From assembly GCA_963719255.1 (NCBI GenBank), contig CAVRBN010000071.1:41669-105668 (forward strand): a stretch of DNA of 64,000 nucleotides. Reading direction: 5' to 3'. Both the position numbers and the translations under genes were made by a program. A model generated the notes under the pieces. That model did no database searches, was not told the origin of the DNA, and saw only the letters and a list, made by a program, of their open reading frames with translations. Shown one piece after another: positions 11,252 to 21,084 of the stretch. The first letter of the stretch is position 1; each line of letters starts with the position of its first letter. The DNA is from an uncultured Actinomycetota bacterium. Its GTDB lineage: Bacteria > Actinomycetota > Actinomycetes > Propionibacteriales > Nocardioidaceae.

Positions 11252-12049
11252 TCAGATGAACTTCTTGGCAACGAGGAAGTCGGCGAGCGCCACCGCACCC
11301 GAGCCGCCCTCGTCGGTGACGATCTCGCCGGCAGTGCGCGGCGGGCGGGCCGTGGTCTCCTCGACCACCGACCAGGCCGCCGACAGGCCGACCTGGTCAG
11401 CCGAGAGGCCGAGATCGGACAGCGACAGGGTCTCCATCGGCTTCTTCTTCGCCGCCATGATGCCCTTGAACGACGGGTAGCGGGCCTCGCCCGTCTGGTC
11501 GGTCACCGACAGCACGATCGGCAGCGTCGCACCGATGACCTCGGTCGCGGAGTCACCGTCTCGCTTGATCCGGACCTGGTCGCCCTGGGTCTCCACGACC
11601 GAGGCGAACGTGACCTGCGGGAGCCCGAGGCGTTCGGCGAGCATGGCGGGCACGACGCTCATGCTGCCGTCGGTCGACGCCATCCCGCAGATGATCAGGT
11701 CCGGGGTGCCGGTCTTCTTGATCGCCTCGGCGAGCACCAGCGAGGTTGCCGGCGCATCGGAGCCGGCGATGGCGTCGTCGAGGACGTGGACGCCCTTGTC
11801 GACGCCCATCTGCAGCGACTTGCGGACCGCGTCGACTGCCTTCTCCGGGCCCACGCACAACGCAGTGACCTCCGAGCCCCCCTCAGAACCACCAGCCTTC
11901 TCGGCAAGCTGAAGGGCTTGCTCCACGGCGTACTCGTCGAGCTCGGAGAGCAGCCCGTCGACGCCTACTCGGTCAACGGTGTTGTCCGACTCGAACCGCC
12001 GGTCGGCAGTCGCGTCGGGCACATATTTCACACAGACGACAATGTTCAC
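11252..12049 (-). CDS. etfB: Electron transfer flavoprotein beta subunit
   Basis: GTG start VNIVVCVKYVPD, LDEYAVEQAL, ARYPSFKGIMAAKKKP. Confidence 0.93.
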   Translation of the reverse strand: MNIVVCVKYVPDATADRRFESDNTVDRVGVDGLLSELDEYAVEQALQLAEKAGGSEGGSEVTALCVGPEKAVDAVRKSLQMGVDKGVHVLDDAIAGSDAPATSLVLAEAIKKTGTPDLIICGMASTDGSMSVVPAMLAERLGLPQVTFASVVETQGDQVRIKRDGDSATEVIGATLPIVLSVTDQTGEARYPSFKGIMAAKKKPMETLSLSDLGLSADQVGLSAAWSVVEETTARPPRTAGEIVTDEGGSGAVALADFLVAKKFI

Positions 12050-12346
12050 GGCACGTTTGTCCCCTCTCTGGCGCGATTCTCGGTGGTTCTCTGCGGGTCC
12101 CGATGCAGCGCGGGCCGAGCGACTCTGTCTAGGTTTCCCGGAAGTGACAGCCTCTTGAAGCTGACCATGTCGTGGCCTCGGCCCTGATCCGCGACTCTCA
12201 GTGCTATCCAAAGGCCTCCTACGGCGGCTTTGCTGGCTGGTACACCCGAGTGCGAGTCACAAAGCCATTCAATGAACCGACCGCTGACTCAAGCGGGATG
12301 CCGGCGCCTCCCGGCCTGCCCTCCGCGAGCAGACCGGAGAGAGGAT

Positions 12347-12374
12347 GGTCATACATTAAGCAGCTTGTCACACA
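12347..12374. promoter_or_regulatory. Putative FadR/GntR operator pair (GGTCATACA, TGTCACACA; 19-bp offset) upstream of etfB
   Basis: Matches the recurrent TGTC(A/T)GACA box. Confidence 0.5.
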
Positions 12375-12499
12375 ATTGTCCAGTCGAGGCCTGCGATGCC
12401 TCACGGTGAGGTCAACTACCCTCACTCTCCGGCTTACCGCAAGCAAACGTGCACCAGACCCGGCTGGGGCAGTTGTTAACGGGCGTGGGTGTGGCGTCA

Positions 12500-12810
12500 G
12501 CGCGGGTCAGCGGAGCTTGCGGATGCGTTGGCCAGCGCCCTCGGCCTGCCCGCGGTGCTCGACAACGATCTCAACGTGATGGCCCTGGGCGAGCTGAACG
12601 CCGGCGTCGCCCGGAGTCTCGACTCGTTCCTCTTGTCAAGGTCGGCACAGGCATCGGGTGCGGGATCGTCGTGCGAGGCGAGCCGTATCGCGGCGTCGAC
12701 GGCTGCGGCGGGCGACGTCGGACACATCCGTGCCGACACCACTGAACCGGCATGCGCATGCGGCAACATCGGCTGCCTGGAGGCCTTCTTCGGCGATACC
12801 GCCTGTTTCA
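12500..12810 (+). pseudogene. ROK-family regulator/kinase internal fragment
   Basis: LGLPAVLDNDLNVMALGE, VKVGTGIGCGIV, GDVGH, CACGNIGCLE spread over two frames; both termini missing. Confidence 0.8.
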
Positions 12811-12840
12811 GCGTTGACGACACGGCGACAGTGCGAATAC

Positions 12841-12868
12841 TGTAAGACAACTGCGTCAATGTAAGGCT
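12841..12868. promoter_or_regulatory. Putative operator pair (TGTAAGACA, TGTAAGGCT; 19-bp offset) upstream of the aminotransferase
   Basis: Same arrangement as 44974..45002. Confidence 0.55.
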
Positions 12869-12934
12869 CAACGCAGATCGATGACCATCTGCTGGTGTCC
12901 CGCCCGTGTTGCATGGTCGAAGCGAAGGACAGTG

Positions 12935-14188
12935 ATGGCTATGCAGGTCGCCCCAGTCGCTCAGACGGACCGTTCTTCGTCGTCGGACGACCCGATCATT
13001 GATCGGCGGAACCGTTACCTCTTCAACAACCTGCGGCGAGTCGGGATTGCCGTCACCCACGCCAAGGGGTCCGAGTTCACAGACTCTTCGGGCAAGCGCT
13101 ATCTGGACCTGTTTCCCGGCTTCGGCTCGGGCATCCTGGGACATTGCCATCCTGAACTGGTCGCAGTTGCGACCGAGCAGGCTGCCAAGCTGTGGCACGT
13201 CGGCGCCGACATCGATGTGGAAGCGCAGGGCCTGCTGGCTGAGGCCGTCGCCAAGCATGGCTTCGGGGGCCGAAGCTACATCGGCCTCAGCGGCTCTGAG
13301 GCGAATGAAGCCGCTTTCAAGCTCGCGCGCCTGTATGGCCGGAGCAAGGGCGATGACCGCTACAAGATCATCGCGACGCACCGCGGGTTCCACGGCCGCG
13401 GTTTCGCGGCCATGATGGCCACTAGCGGTGACAAGGCGCGCAAGGGGTTCGAGCCCTTTTTGGAGGGCTTTTCCCATGTCCCCTACAACGACCTGCCTGC
13501 AATGGCGGCAGCTGTGGATGACCAGACCGTCGCGATCATCGTGGAGCCCATCCAGGGCGAGGGTGGAGTCCACCTACCGCACGCCGGCTATCTCGCCGGG
13601 CTTCGCGAGCTGTGTGATGAGCGCGACCTGCTGCTCATCTGCGACGAGGTGTGGACCGGATGTGGACGGACCGGGGAGTGGTTCGCCTATCAGCACTCTG
13701 AGGTGAAGCCAGACATCATGACGCTCGGCAAGGCCGTCGGATGCGGCTTTCCGGTCTCCATCATGTGCGCTGACGAGCGCATCGCCGGTGTGTTCGACGT
13801 CGACTCCTACCAGGGCGTGCCGCACGTCACGACGCTCACCGGTAGTTGCGTCCCCGCTGCCGTATCAGCGCGGATGTTCGAGGTTGTCGACCGAGAGGGT
13901 CTGGTTGATCGCGCACGTGAAGTCGGCGGTCGACTTGCGGAGAAGTTCCGTGGTTTGTCGGACCAGCTTCCCCTCAAGGAAGTCCGCGGCAAGGGCCTTT
14001 TCGTCGGCCTGGAGCTCGACGATGAATTTCCTCGCACGGCCCCAGAGCTGGCACGCACCGCGCTGGACCTGGGCCTGCACATCGGCTCTGCGGGCGATCG
14101 TGTGCTGCGGATCGCTCCTCCTCTCAACGTGACGGAGAACGAGTTGGACCGTGGCCTGGACCTGGTGGTCGAGGTCCTGAAGTCCTGA
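12935..14188 (+). CDS. Class III PLP aminotransferase (ArgD/GabT-like)
   Basis: GKRYLD, LGHCHP, SGSEANE, FHGR, EPIQGEGG, DEVWTG, TLGK, LRIAPPL. Confidence 0.9.
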   Translation: MAMQVAPVAQTDRSSSSDDPIIDRRNRYLFNNLRRVGIAVTHAKGSEFTDSSGKRYLDLFPGFGSGILGHCHPELVAVATEQAAKLWHVGADIDVEAQGLLAEAVAKHGFGGRSYIGLSGSEANEAAFKLARLYGRSKGDDRYKIIATHRGFHGRGFAAMMATSGDKARKGFEPFLEGFSHVPYNDLPAMAAAVDDQTVAIIVEPIQGEGGVHLPHAGYLAGLRELCDERDLLLICDEVWTGCGRTGEWFAYQHSEVKPDIMTLGKAVGCGFPVSIMCADERIAGVFDVDSYQGVPHVTTLTGSCVPAAVSARMFEVVDREGLVDRAREVGGRLAEKFRGLSDQLPLKEVRGKGLFVGLELDDEFPRTAPELARTALDLGLHIGSAGDRVLRIAPPLNVTENELDRGLDLVVEVLKS

Positions 14189-14449
14189 GTCCGCTCGGAC
14201 GCCGGAAGGATGCAGGGCGATCAGCTCCGGCCGGGACGTATTTCCAAGGGGCTTCAGGAATCACTTCTGTCCACGAGTCTCGGTCGCCGTCCTGTGCCGC
14301 GTACGGCAAGCGGCCTTCGCCGTCGGGCAACGGAATCGCGCCAAGGAGCGCTTTGGTGTACGGGTGGAACGGGCCAGCCAGTCATGTGGGGACCTCACCA
14401 CCGAACGAACTCTGCCCTACGTGGAGTGAGGCGGCGGTCAGCTCCGCTT

Positions 14450-14801
14450 TCGCCCTTGGTTCTTGGCTTCGATGAGGTCGGCCAAGCGGTCGGCGGGGCC
14501 GTCGATGTCACGCGCACCGCCTCGCACAGCGTTTCCCTTCGCGGCGTGATCCGATCAGACGACGTCGACCGTGTGCTGGCTGAGCTGATGACGGCGCGTC
14601 GCGCGGCGGGACCGGTGACCTGGACGTCGACCTGAGGAACATCACCGACCCTTCTAGCGAAGCGGTCCGTGCACTCTCCGAGCTCGCTGACCGCTACGTC
14701 GAGTGGCGCGGCCCCAACCACGGGCTTGTGCTGCGTGTGCGCAGGCCAGGCTCCTCGCGACGGACCTCGACCTGGCCCGCGTGCCCTTCCACGCGGCCTG
14801 A
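14450..14801 (+). pseudogene. Possible degenerate STAS-like small gene
   Basis: Joining three frames gives VSLRGVIRSDDVDRVLAEL..DLDVDLRNITDPSSEAVRAL..LVLR..PGS..DLDLARVPF; resemblance judged by eye only. Confidence 0.3.
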
Positions 14802-14870
14802 GACCATGACGACGACTTCCCCCTCCCGCTCACAGCCGATCCCGCCCGGCGCCGGCACCGGTGTGTCGGC

Positions 14871-15914
14871 TCAGGGGTTGACGAGCACCTTGAGGGTCTT
14901 ACGCTCGTCCATGTCGCGGTAGCCGGTGGGTACGCCGTCGAGGTCGGTGGTGACGTCGAAGACTTTTCCGGGTTCGATGGTGCCCTCCATGATGTCGGGC
15001 ATGAGTTGCTCGATGTAGGCGCGTACGGGTGCAGGGCCGCCAGCCAGGCGGAGATTGTGCCGGAACAGGCTGCCGAAACCGACCGGTGCTTCCTCATACT
15101 GCGGGACGCCCACGCGGCTGATCACACCCCCGGGACGGAGGACCCCGTAGGCCTGTTGGTAGGCCGGCACGTGACCGACGGCCTCGAGCACGGCGTGTAC
15201 GCCGTGTCCGCGGGTCAGCTCCCGGACCTGCGCGATGCCTTCCTCGCCACGCGCGGCCACCACGTCGGTGGCCCCGAACTCAAGGCCGAGGTCGGTACGG
15301 GCGGTGTGGCGTCCCATCAGGATGATCTGCTCGGCACCGAGCCGCTTCGCCGAGAGCACAGCCATCAGCCCGACAGCGCCGTCGCCGATGACTGCGACCT
15401 TTTCCCCGGCGCTGACGCCGGCCGCATACGCGGCGTGGTAGCCGGTGCCGAACACATCGGAGAGGGTTAGCAACGAGGGGATCAGCGCAGAGTCAGGGGC
15501 AACCGGGAGCTTGACCAGGGTGCCGTCGGCAAGCGGGACCCGCACCGCCTCGGCCTGTCCGCCTTCCTCGGCCTGGCCGTCCCAGAAGTTGGCCTGCGAG
15601 TGCGAGCAGGACGTGTGCAGGCCCTCGCGGCAGAACTCGCAGGTGTTGTCGGAGATCGCGAACGGGGCGACCACCAGGTCGCCCTTCTCCAGGGTGGTGA
15701 CGCCGCTGCCAACGTCTTCGACAACGCCGATGAACTCGTGGCCCATCCGTGCCGGGCCGTTGTCGGCGGACATGTTGTGGTACGGATGCAGGTCGCTGCC
15801 GCAAATGCTCGAAGCGGTGATCCGGACCAGGGCGTCGGTCGGATGCTTGATGACGGGGTCGGGGACGTTCTCGATCCGGACGTCGCCGGCGGCGTACATG
15901 AGGGTGGCGCGCAT
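14871..15914 (-). CDS. Zinc-dependent alcohol dehydrogenase (MDR family)
   Basis: ICGSDLH, MGHE, CEFCREG..SC, LSDV, GDGAVG. Confidence 0.92.
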   Translation of the reverse strand: MRATLMYAAGDVRIENVPDPVIKHPTDALVRITASSICGSDLHPYHNMSADNGPARMGHEFIGVVEDVGSGVTTLEKGDLVVAPFAISDNTCEFCREGLHTSCSHSQANFWDGQAEEGGQAEAVRVPLADGTLVKLPVAPDSALIPSLLTLSDVFGTGYHAAYAAGVSAGEKVAVIGDGAVGLMAVLSAKRLGAEQIILMGRHTARTDLGLEFGATDVVAARGEEGIAQVRELTRGHGVHAVLEAVGHVPAYQQAYGVLRPGGVISRVGVPQYEEAPVGFGSLFRHNLRLAGGPAPVRAYIEQLMPDIMEGTIEPGKVFDVTTDLDGVPTGYRDMDERKTLKVLVNP

Positions 15915-15977
15915 GGGTTTGATCTTCCTATCCGGAGTTCAGCGAAATTCATTGGTCACGTCTGGAGAAGCACCCGC

Positions 15978-16862
15978 CTACGCCTGCATCGACTTCAGCA
16001 CGCGAATGCTTCGGCGCCATGGCAGACCCCGGGTGCTGCCAACCCTTTGCGGCTCCTCGAGGAAGTCGGCGATTCGCGAGCCGAGCTCCTCCGGGCGCGT
16101 GTACAGGAACAGGTGACCCCCGTCCCGAACGATGTGCAGCGAGGAGTTCGGTATCAGCAGCGTGACGATGCGAGCATTGACGACCGGCACGAGAGGATCG
16201 TCGCTGCCGTGCAGGATCAGCGTCTCGTGCCTCAGCTTCGACAGCCACGGCAGGCTCGACCAGCCCGTCAGGGCGAGCATCTGTCTGCGGTAGGTCGGCC
16301 CATCCACAAGGCGCAGGAGGCCCAGCTTCTCCGGTAGCTCCGCGTCCCTCAGGAAGTCACCCCCGCACAACCTGGGAAAGACGCTCCTCAGACTGCGGGG
16401 ATCCCGGCGAGGAGTCACCAGCGAAAGAGCCGCTCGCGCCTTGGCCGGGACGGACACGAACCCCGGAGTGCTACCGGCAAGGATGAGGCGACGAACCAGC
16501 TGAGGATGGTCGCGAGCGAGCTGCTGCGCCACAATGCCGCCCCAGGAGAGCCCTAGGACATCCACGCTGTCGAACCCCAGCTCGTTCACCACCCCGGCCA
16601 GGAACTTGGCGTACGTCCGCACCGTCGGCGGAACACCGAGGAAGACGCCCTGCACGTCGAGCGCGACGGACGTTCGTCGCAGGTGCCTGCGGAGCTCGCC
16701 CAGCACTCGGTACTCTGCACCGATCCCGTTGCACAGCAGCAGTGGGACCGTGCCGTGCGCGAGACCCCGGATCGACACCGTCACGCGGTGGCGGCCCACA
16801 GTCAGTTCGCGGAGCTGTTCCGTGCCGTCGTCCGATGTCCCCTGCGTGGTCGATTCCCTCAT
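15978..16862 (-). CDS. Alpha/beta hydrolase, PHA depolymerase (PhaZ)-like
   Basis: PLLLCNGIGA, GLSWGG nucleophile elbow, WSSLPWL, DDPLVP, GGHLFL. Confidence 0.75.
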   Translation of the reverse strand: MRESTTQGTSDDGTEQLRELTVGRHRVTVSIRGLAHGTVPLLLCNGIGAEYRVLGELRRHLRRTSVALDVQGVFLGVPPTVRTYAKFLAGVVNELGFDSVDVLGLSWGGIVAQQLARDHPQLVRRLILAGSTPGFVSVPAKARAALSLVTPRRDPRSLRSVFPRLCGGDFLRDAELPEKLGLLRLVDGPTYRRQMLALTGWSSLPWLSKLRHETLILHGSDDPLVPVVNARIVTLLIPNSSLHIVRDGGHLFLYTRPEELGSRIADFLEEPQRVGSTRGLPWRRSIRVLKSMQA

Positions 16863-17021
16863 GACCTCCCCCTCGGTATGACCTGCCGCGATCCGCTGCG
16901 GACCAGGAACAAGCCTTAGGTACCCCGGCCCTTGCCTGCCAGGCACACCACGACCGACGAATCCGTGTCCCGCCGGCATCCGGTCAGCGCCTCGACATCG
17001 AGCGGGAAGTAGCGCGCTCGG

Positions 17022-17789
17022 TCATACGTGTCGGTTCCAACCACCGTCGACGTAGATTCGCTGACCGGTGATGTAGCCGGCCAACGGCGAACACAGGTAC
17101 GTGAGGATGTTCGCCGCATCGGCTGGGTCGCCGAAGCGCCCTGCCGGGATCTCCTTGTCGAGCCAGTCCTGTTGTTCCTGCTCTGTTGGCACGAACTGCG
17201 GGATGAAGTTGTTCCTGATCTGCTCGGTCATCAGGTAGCCGGGCGACACGCAGTTGACGGTGATGCCGTCCTTCATCACCATCCGAGAGAGTCCCTTGGC
17301 CCACATGAGGACCGCCCCCTTGGACGTCAGGGAACCGCTCACGTGCCCGGGCTCTGAAGTCGCCGTCATACACAGGACACGACCGAAGCCCCGCTCCCGC
17401 ATCCCCGCGATGAAAGGCGTCGTGAGCCGCCGCGGAGTCGCGAAATTCAACCGGAAGGCCTCGTCCCACTCCTCCTCGGTCGTGTCGAGGTCGAAAGGGC
17501 GCGCCTGACCGAGGTTGTTCACCACGATGTCCACGCCGCCGAACTCAGCCATGACCCTGGCCACCACCCGGTCGAACGCGTCGCCGTCCATCAGATCGTC
17601 GACGATGATGAAGGGAGCGAGAAGCTCCTCGTCGCGGATCTCCTGTGCCAGCTCCTCGAGCGCCGACTCCCGCCGCGCCACAACGATGGTCTGGACGCCC
17701 TCTCGGGCCAGCGTCTTCGTCGTCACCCGGCCGATTCCTGCGCTGGCCCCCGAGATCAGCGCAGTCTTGCCGCCCAGCTTCAGATCCAC
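17022..17789 (-). CDS. SDR family oxidoreductase (no Tyr in the YxxxK position)
   Basis: SGASAGIG, VNNLG, ITVNCVSPG, YITGQRIYVDGG. Confidence 0.87.
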   Translation of the reverse strand: MDLKLGGKTALISGASAGIGRVTTKTLAREGVQTIVVARRESALEELAQEIRDEELLAPFIIVDDLMDGDAFDRVVARVMAEFGGVDIVVNNLGQARPFDLDTTEEEWDEAFRLNFATPRRLTTPFIAGMRERGFGRVLCMTATSEPGHVSGSLTSKGAVLMWAKGLSRMVMKDGITVNCVSPGYLMTEQIRNNFIPQFVPTEQEQQDWLDKEIPAGRFGDPADAANILTYLCSPLAGYITGQRIYVDGGWNRHV

Positions 17790-17879
17790 GGCGATCCCTG
17801 CTTTCTCTGCTTCTGCATGTGGAGGAGGTGCTCTGCTGACCGGCTCATCGCTCGGTCGATGATCTGTCAGGCGGTCGCG

Positions 17880-18743
17880 CTAGTCGGCGTACCACTCGGC
17901 CATCAGCTGACTCTGGTCGGCCTTGGGCCCGAAGCGGTCGATGGCCTGCTGAGTAAAGGCCTGGGCGAGGTTCCCGATGGGCGTCTCGTGCCCCAGCGCG
18001 GCGGCCATTTCGTTGGCCAGACGGACGTCCTTGAGCATCAGATCGAGGGCGAACCCCTGAGGCTTGTAGGTGTCGCCCGACAGCAGGAGCGGGTACGTGT
18101 TCTCCGTTGTGTAGTTGCGGCCACTGCCCTTGTTGATGACCTCAACGACGACATTCTGATCCACGCCGGCCGCGACGCCCAGGCGAATGGTCTCGAGTGC
18201 AGCGAACCGATTGCAGGCGTTGAGCAGATTGTTGACCAGCTTCATGGCGTGCCCCGCACCGACGGGACCTACATGGACGACCTCGTTGGTGATCTCGTTG
18301 AGCAAGGGTCCGACCTTGGCGAACGTCTCGGCATCGGCGCCGACCATCAGCAGCGCAGTTCCCTCACGCGCCCTGCGAACCCCGCCGGCAATCGGGGAGT
18401 CGACATAGGTGACCCCGCCCTCGCTGAGTACCGGCACCATCTCGGCATCGGCGATCGGTGTTCCGGACGTGATGTCGATGATCGTGGTACCGGCTGCCAA
18501 CCGAGCGGCCAGCCCCTCCGGACCCATCAAAAGCTCGGTCACCTGAGGCGGACCGGGCAAGCAGAGGAAGATCGTCGAGCACTTCTCCGCGATCTCCTCC
18601 GGGCTCGCGAAGATCGCTCCCTGCGCGACAAGGTCCGGTGCAGCCTCCGGATTTCGATCGTTGATGAGAAGCTCGTGCTCGAGCAGTCGACTGGCGATGG
18701 CGGAACCCATGGCGCCAACGCCGATGAACCCGATCGTGGTCAT
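17880..18743 (-). CDS. 3-hydroxyisobutyrate dehydrogenase / tartronate-semialdehyde reductase family protein
   Basis: GFIGVGAMG, DSPIAGG, GHAMKLVNN, LMLKD. Confidence 0.88.
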   Translation of the reverse strand: MTTIGFIGVGAMGSAIASRLLEHELLINDRNPEAAPDLVAQGAIFASPEEIAEKCSTIFLCLPGPPQVTELLMGPEGLAARLAAGTTIIDITSGTPIADAEMVPVLSEGGVTYVDSPIAGGVRRAREGTALLMVGADAETFAKVGPLLNEITNEVVHVGPVGAGHAMKLVNNLLNACNRFAALETIRLGVAAGVDQNVVVEVINKGSGRNYTTENTYPLLLSGDTYKPQGFALDLMLKDVRLANEMAAALGHETPIGNLAQAFTQQAIDRFGPKADQSQLMAEWYAD

Positions 18744-18788
18744 CGCATCTTCCCTTCGTGCTAGTTGGACGCTTCTGGTCAGGTCGCT

Positions 18789-19565
18789 CTAAACCGTCTG
18801 TCCACCGTCGACGACCAGCGCGTGACCCACAACGAAGGACGACGCCTCCGAGGAGAGCCAGAGAACCGCATCTGCGATCTCGCTCGGTACGCCCATCCGG
18901 CCGATCGGCTCCTGGGCGATGACCCGGGCCCGCCCCTCGTCCGTACCGCCGGTGAACCGGTCCATCATGGGCGTCTCGATGATGCCCGGGCAGACAACGT
19001 TGATCCGGATGCCGCGGGGCGCGTAGTCGAGTGCCACCGCCTTCGTCATGCCGACGACTCCGAACTTCGTCGCGCAGTAGCCTGCTTGACCAGCGATCCC
19101 GACAACCCCGGCTCCGGAGGCCGTGTTGACGATGCTGCCCCCGCCACTGGCGAGCAGCTCGGGGATCTGGTTCTGCATGCAGAGGAAGACGCCCTTGAGG
19201 TTCACTGCGATCAGACGATCGAAGTCTGCGGAGCTCAGCTCGGCGAGCGGTGCTACCGGCTGCTCGACCCCGGCATTGTTGAATGCCGCGTCGAGTCGGC
19301 CGAACTCCTTGACGGTGGCCCTGACGGCTGCCTTCACGTCGCTCTCCACCGTCACGTCGCACGTGACCGCGATCGCGCTACCGCCGGCCTGTGCGATGAG
19401 GCGCACGGTCTCACCAGTGCCGGCCTCGTCGATGTCGACGCAGGTCACCGCGGCACCCGCGCGGGCGAAGGCCAAGGCGGTCGAACGCCCTATCCCGCTC
19501 GACGCACCCGTGACGAAAGCAACTTTGTTGGCGAATGTGAACCCGGACACGGGCACCTCAGGCAT
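18789..19565 (-). CDS. Classical SDR oxidoreductase
   Basis: TGASSGIG, FNNAG, YCATK, PIGRMG; similar to 61758..62522. Confidence 0.9.
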   Translation of the reverse strand: MPEVPVSGFTFANKVAFVTGASSGIGRSTALAFARAGAAVTCVDIDEAGTGETVRLIAQAGGSAIAVTCDVTVESDVKAAVRATVKEFGRLDAAFNNAGVEQPVAPLAELSSADFDRLIAVNLKGVFLCMQNQIPELLASGGGSIVNTASGAGVVGIAGQAGYCATKFGVVGMTKAVALDYAPRGIRINVVCPGIIETPMMDRFTGGTDEGRARVIAQEPIGRMGVPSEIADAVLWLSSEASSFVVGHALVVDGGQTV

Positions 19566-19645
19566 CGGTATTGTCACATCACGCATACTGTCAGACTATA
19601 TCTGTATTGTGAAGTCTTGCTCGCAGATAACGAAGGGTAGGATGA

Positions 19646-21049
19646 ATGGTCAACTTGCACCGCGACGTGAGCCAGGATCTGGCGGACATGGCCGCGAACG
19701 TGACGATCGATGCGCTCGGCGAGGCGGCCATCGAAGCGGCCAAGATGAGCATCCTCGACACCATAGGTGTCGCCCTGGCGGGAAGCGGGGTGGAGCCTGC
19801 CGTTCAGGGCCTGCTCGACCTCCTGGAGGACCAGGGTGGGCGGGAAGAGGCGACCGTCTGGGGCCGTGCGCACCGACTGCCAGCGTCCAGCGCCGCGTTC
19901 GCGAACGGAGCCCTGGCGCACTGCCTGGACTTCGACGACCAGACTCCCTGGGGCCAACACTCCGGCAGTTCGGTGATCCCGGCCAGTCTGGCCGTTGCTG
20001 AACGCAAGGGCGGAGTGAGTGGTGCCGATCTGATTGCCGCGGTCGCCGCCGGACAGGACATCTTCGCCAGGATCCGGTGTCACGTCGGCTGGCTCAAGGA
20101 CTGGAACCTCTCCAGCGTGGCCGGCGTGTACGCAGGCGCGGCGGCTGCCAGCAGGGTGCTCGACCTGCCTGCCCCCACCGTCCACCACGCGCTCGGCATC
20201 GCCAGCCAGCAGTCGAGCGGCATCGGCGAGGTGCTGGCCGGCACAGGAAGTGACCTCAGAGGTGTGTACGCCGGCTTCTCCGCGCGCGGCGCGGTGACCG
20301 CGGCGCTGCTGGCTGAACGAGGCATGACCGGTGTCGACCGCCTCTTCGAGGGCCCGAACGGCGTCTTCAACACCTACTTCGGCGGCCGGTACGAACGTGA
20401 GCCGATGCTTGCCGACCTGGGCACCGACTTCCGTGGAGCGGGCACGCTCTACAAGCTCTGGCCGTCGGTCGGGACCTCGCACGGCCACATCCACGCGACC
20501 ATCCGCATCATGCAGGAGGAGAACCTGGCACCCGAGGACATCGACCAGGTTCGCGTCCATGTCGGGGACTACCACTCAGTGATGTGCACGCCGCTGGAGG
20601 TCAGGCAGGCACCCGAGACTCTCGTCGACGCCAAGTTCAGCCTGCCGTTCCTGGTCGCGATGGCAGCAGTCCACCAATCGGTCCGGATCGCGCACTTCAC
20701 GACGACGGGCCTACACGACTCGCGGGTGCGCAGCGTGGCCGCCAAGGTCCTGCCCGTCGCGGACGAGTCCCTCAACTGGGAGCTCGACCTTCCTCCTGGC
20801 CGGGTCGAGATCATCACCACCGACGGACGCAGCTTCATCCGGGAGGGAGCAGGCTACCCGGGCAGTCCGGAGGCCCCGACCACCTGGGATCAGCTCGGCG
20901 AGAAGTTCAGGGACTGCGCCGCGGTCGCTGCTCAGCCACCCGCACCCGAGCAAGTCGACCTCGTCATTGGCCTGGTCCGCAACCTCGAGGGCGCCCCGGA
21001 CGTCGCCGCGATCAGTCGGCATCTGCTCGGTGGAAGCAGTGATGCCTGA
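19646..21049 (+). CDS. MmgE/PrpD family protein (copy 3)
   Basis: 467 aa; NGALAHCLDFDDQTPWGQH, AKFSLPF; divergent from the SDR, with TGTCAGACT at 19589. Confidence 0.9.
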   Translation: MVNLHRDVSQDLADMAANVTIDALGEAAIEAAKMSILDTIGVALAGSGVEPAVQGLLDLLEDQGGREEATVWGRAHRLPASSAAFANGALAHCLDFDDQTPWGQHSGSSVIPASLAVAERKGGVSGADLIAAVAAGQDIFARIRCHVGWLKDWNLSSVAGVYAGAAAASRVLDLPAPTVHHALGIASQQSSGIGEVLAGTGSDLRGVYAGFSARGAVTAALLAERGMTGVDRLFEGPNGVFNTYFGGRYEREPMLADLGTDFRGAGTLYKLWPSVGTSHGHIHATIRIMQEENLAPEDIDQVRVHVGDYHSVMCTPLEVRQAPETLVDAKFSLPFLVAMAAVHQSVRIAHFTTTGLHDSRVRSVAAKVLPVADESLNWELDLPPGRVEIITTDGRSFIREGAGYPGSPEAPTTWDQLGEKFRDCAAVAAQPPAPEQVDLVIGLVRNLEGAPDVAAISRHLLGGSSDA

Positions 21050-21084
21050 CGCGGGGGCTGGTGGTGGGCTCCGGCTAGGGCTGC

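Noticed and set aside
12935-14188. Calling the aminotransferase argD
   Set aside because: No arg cluster nearby and a divergent substrate loop; left at family level.
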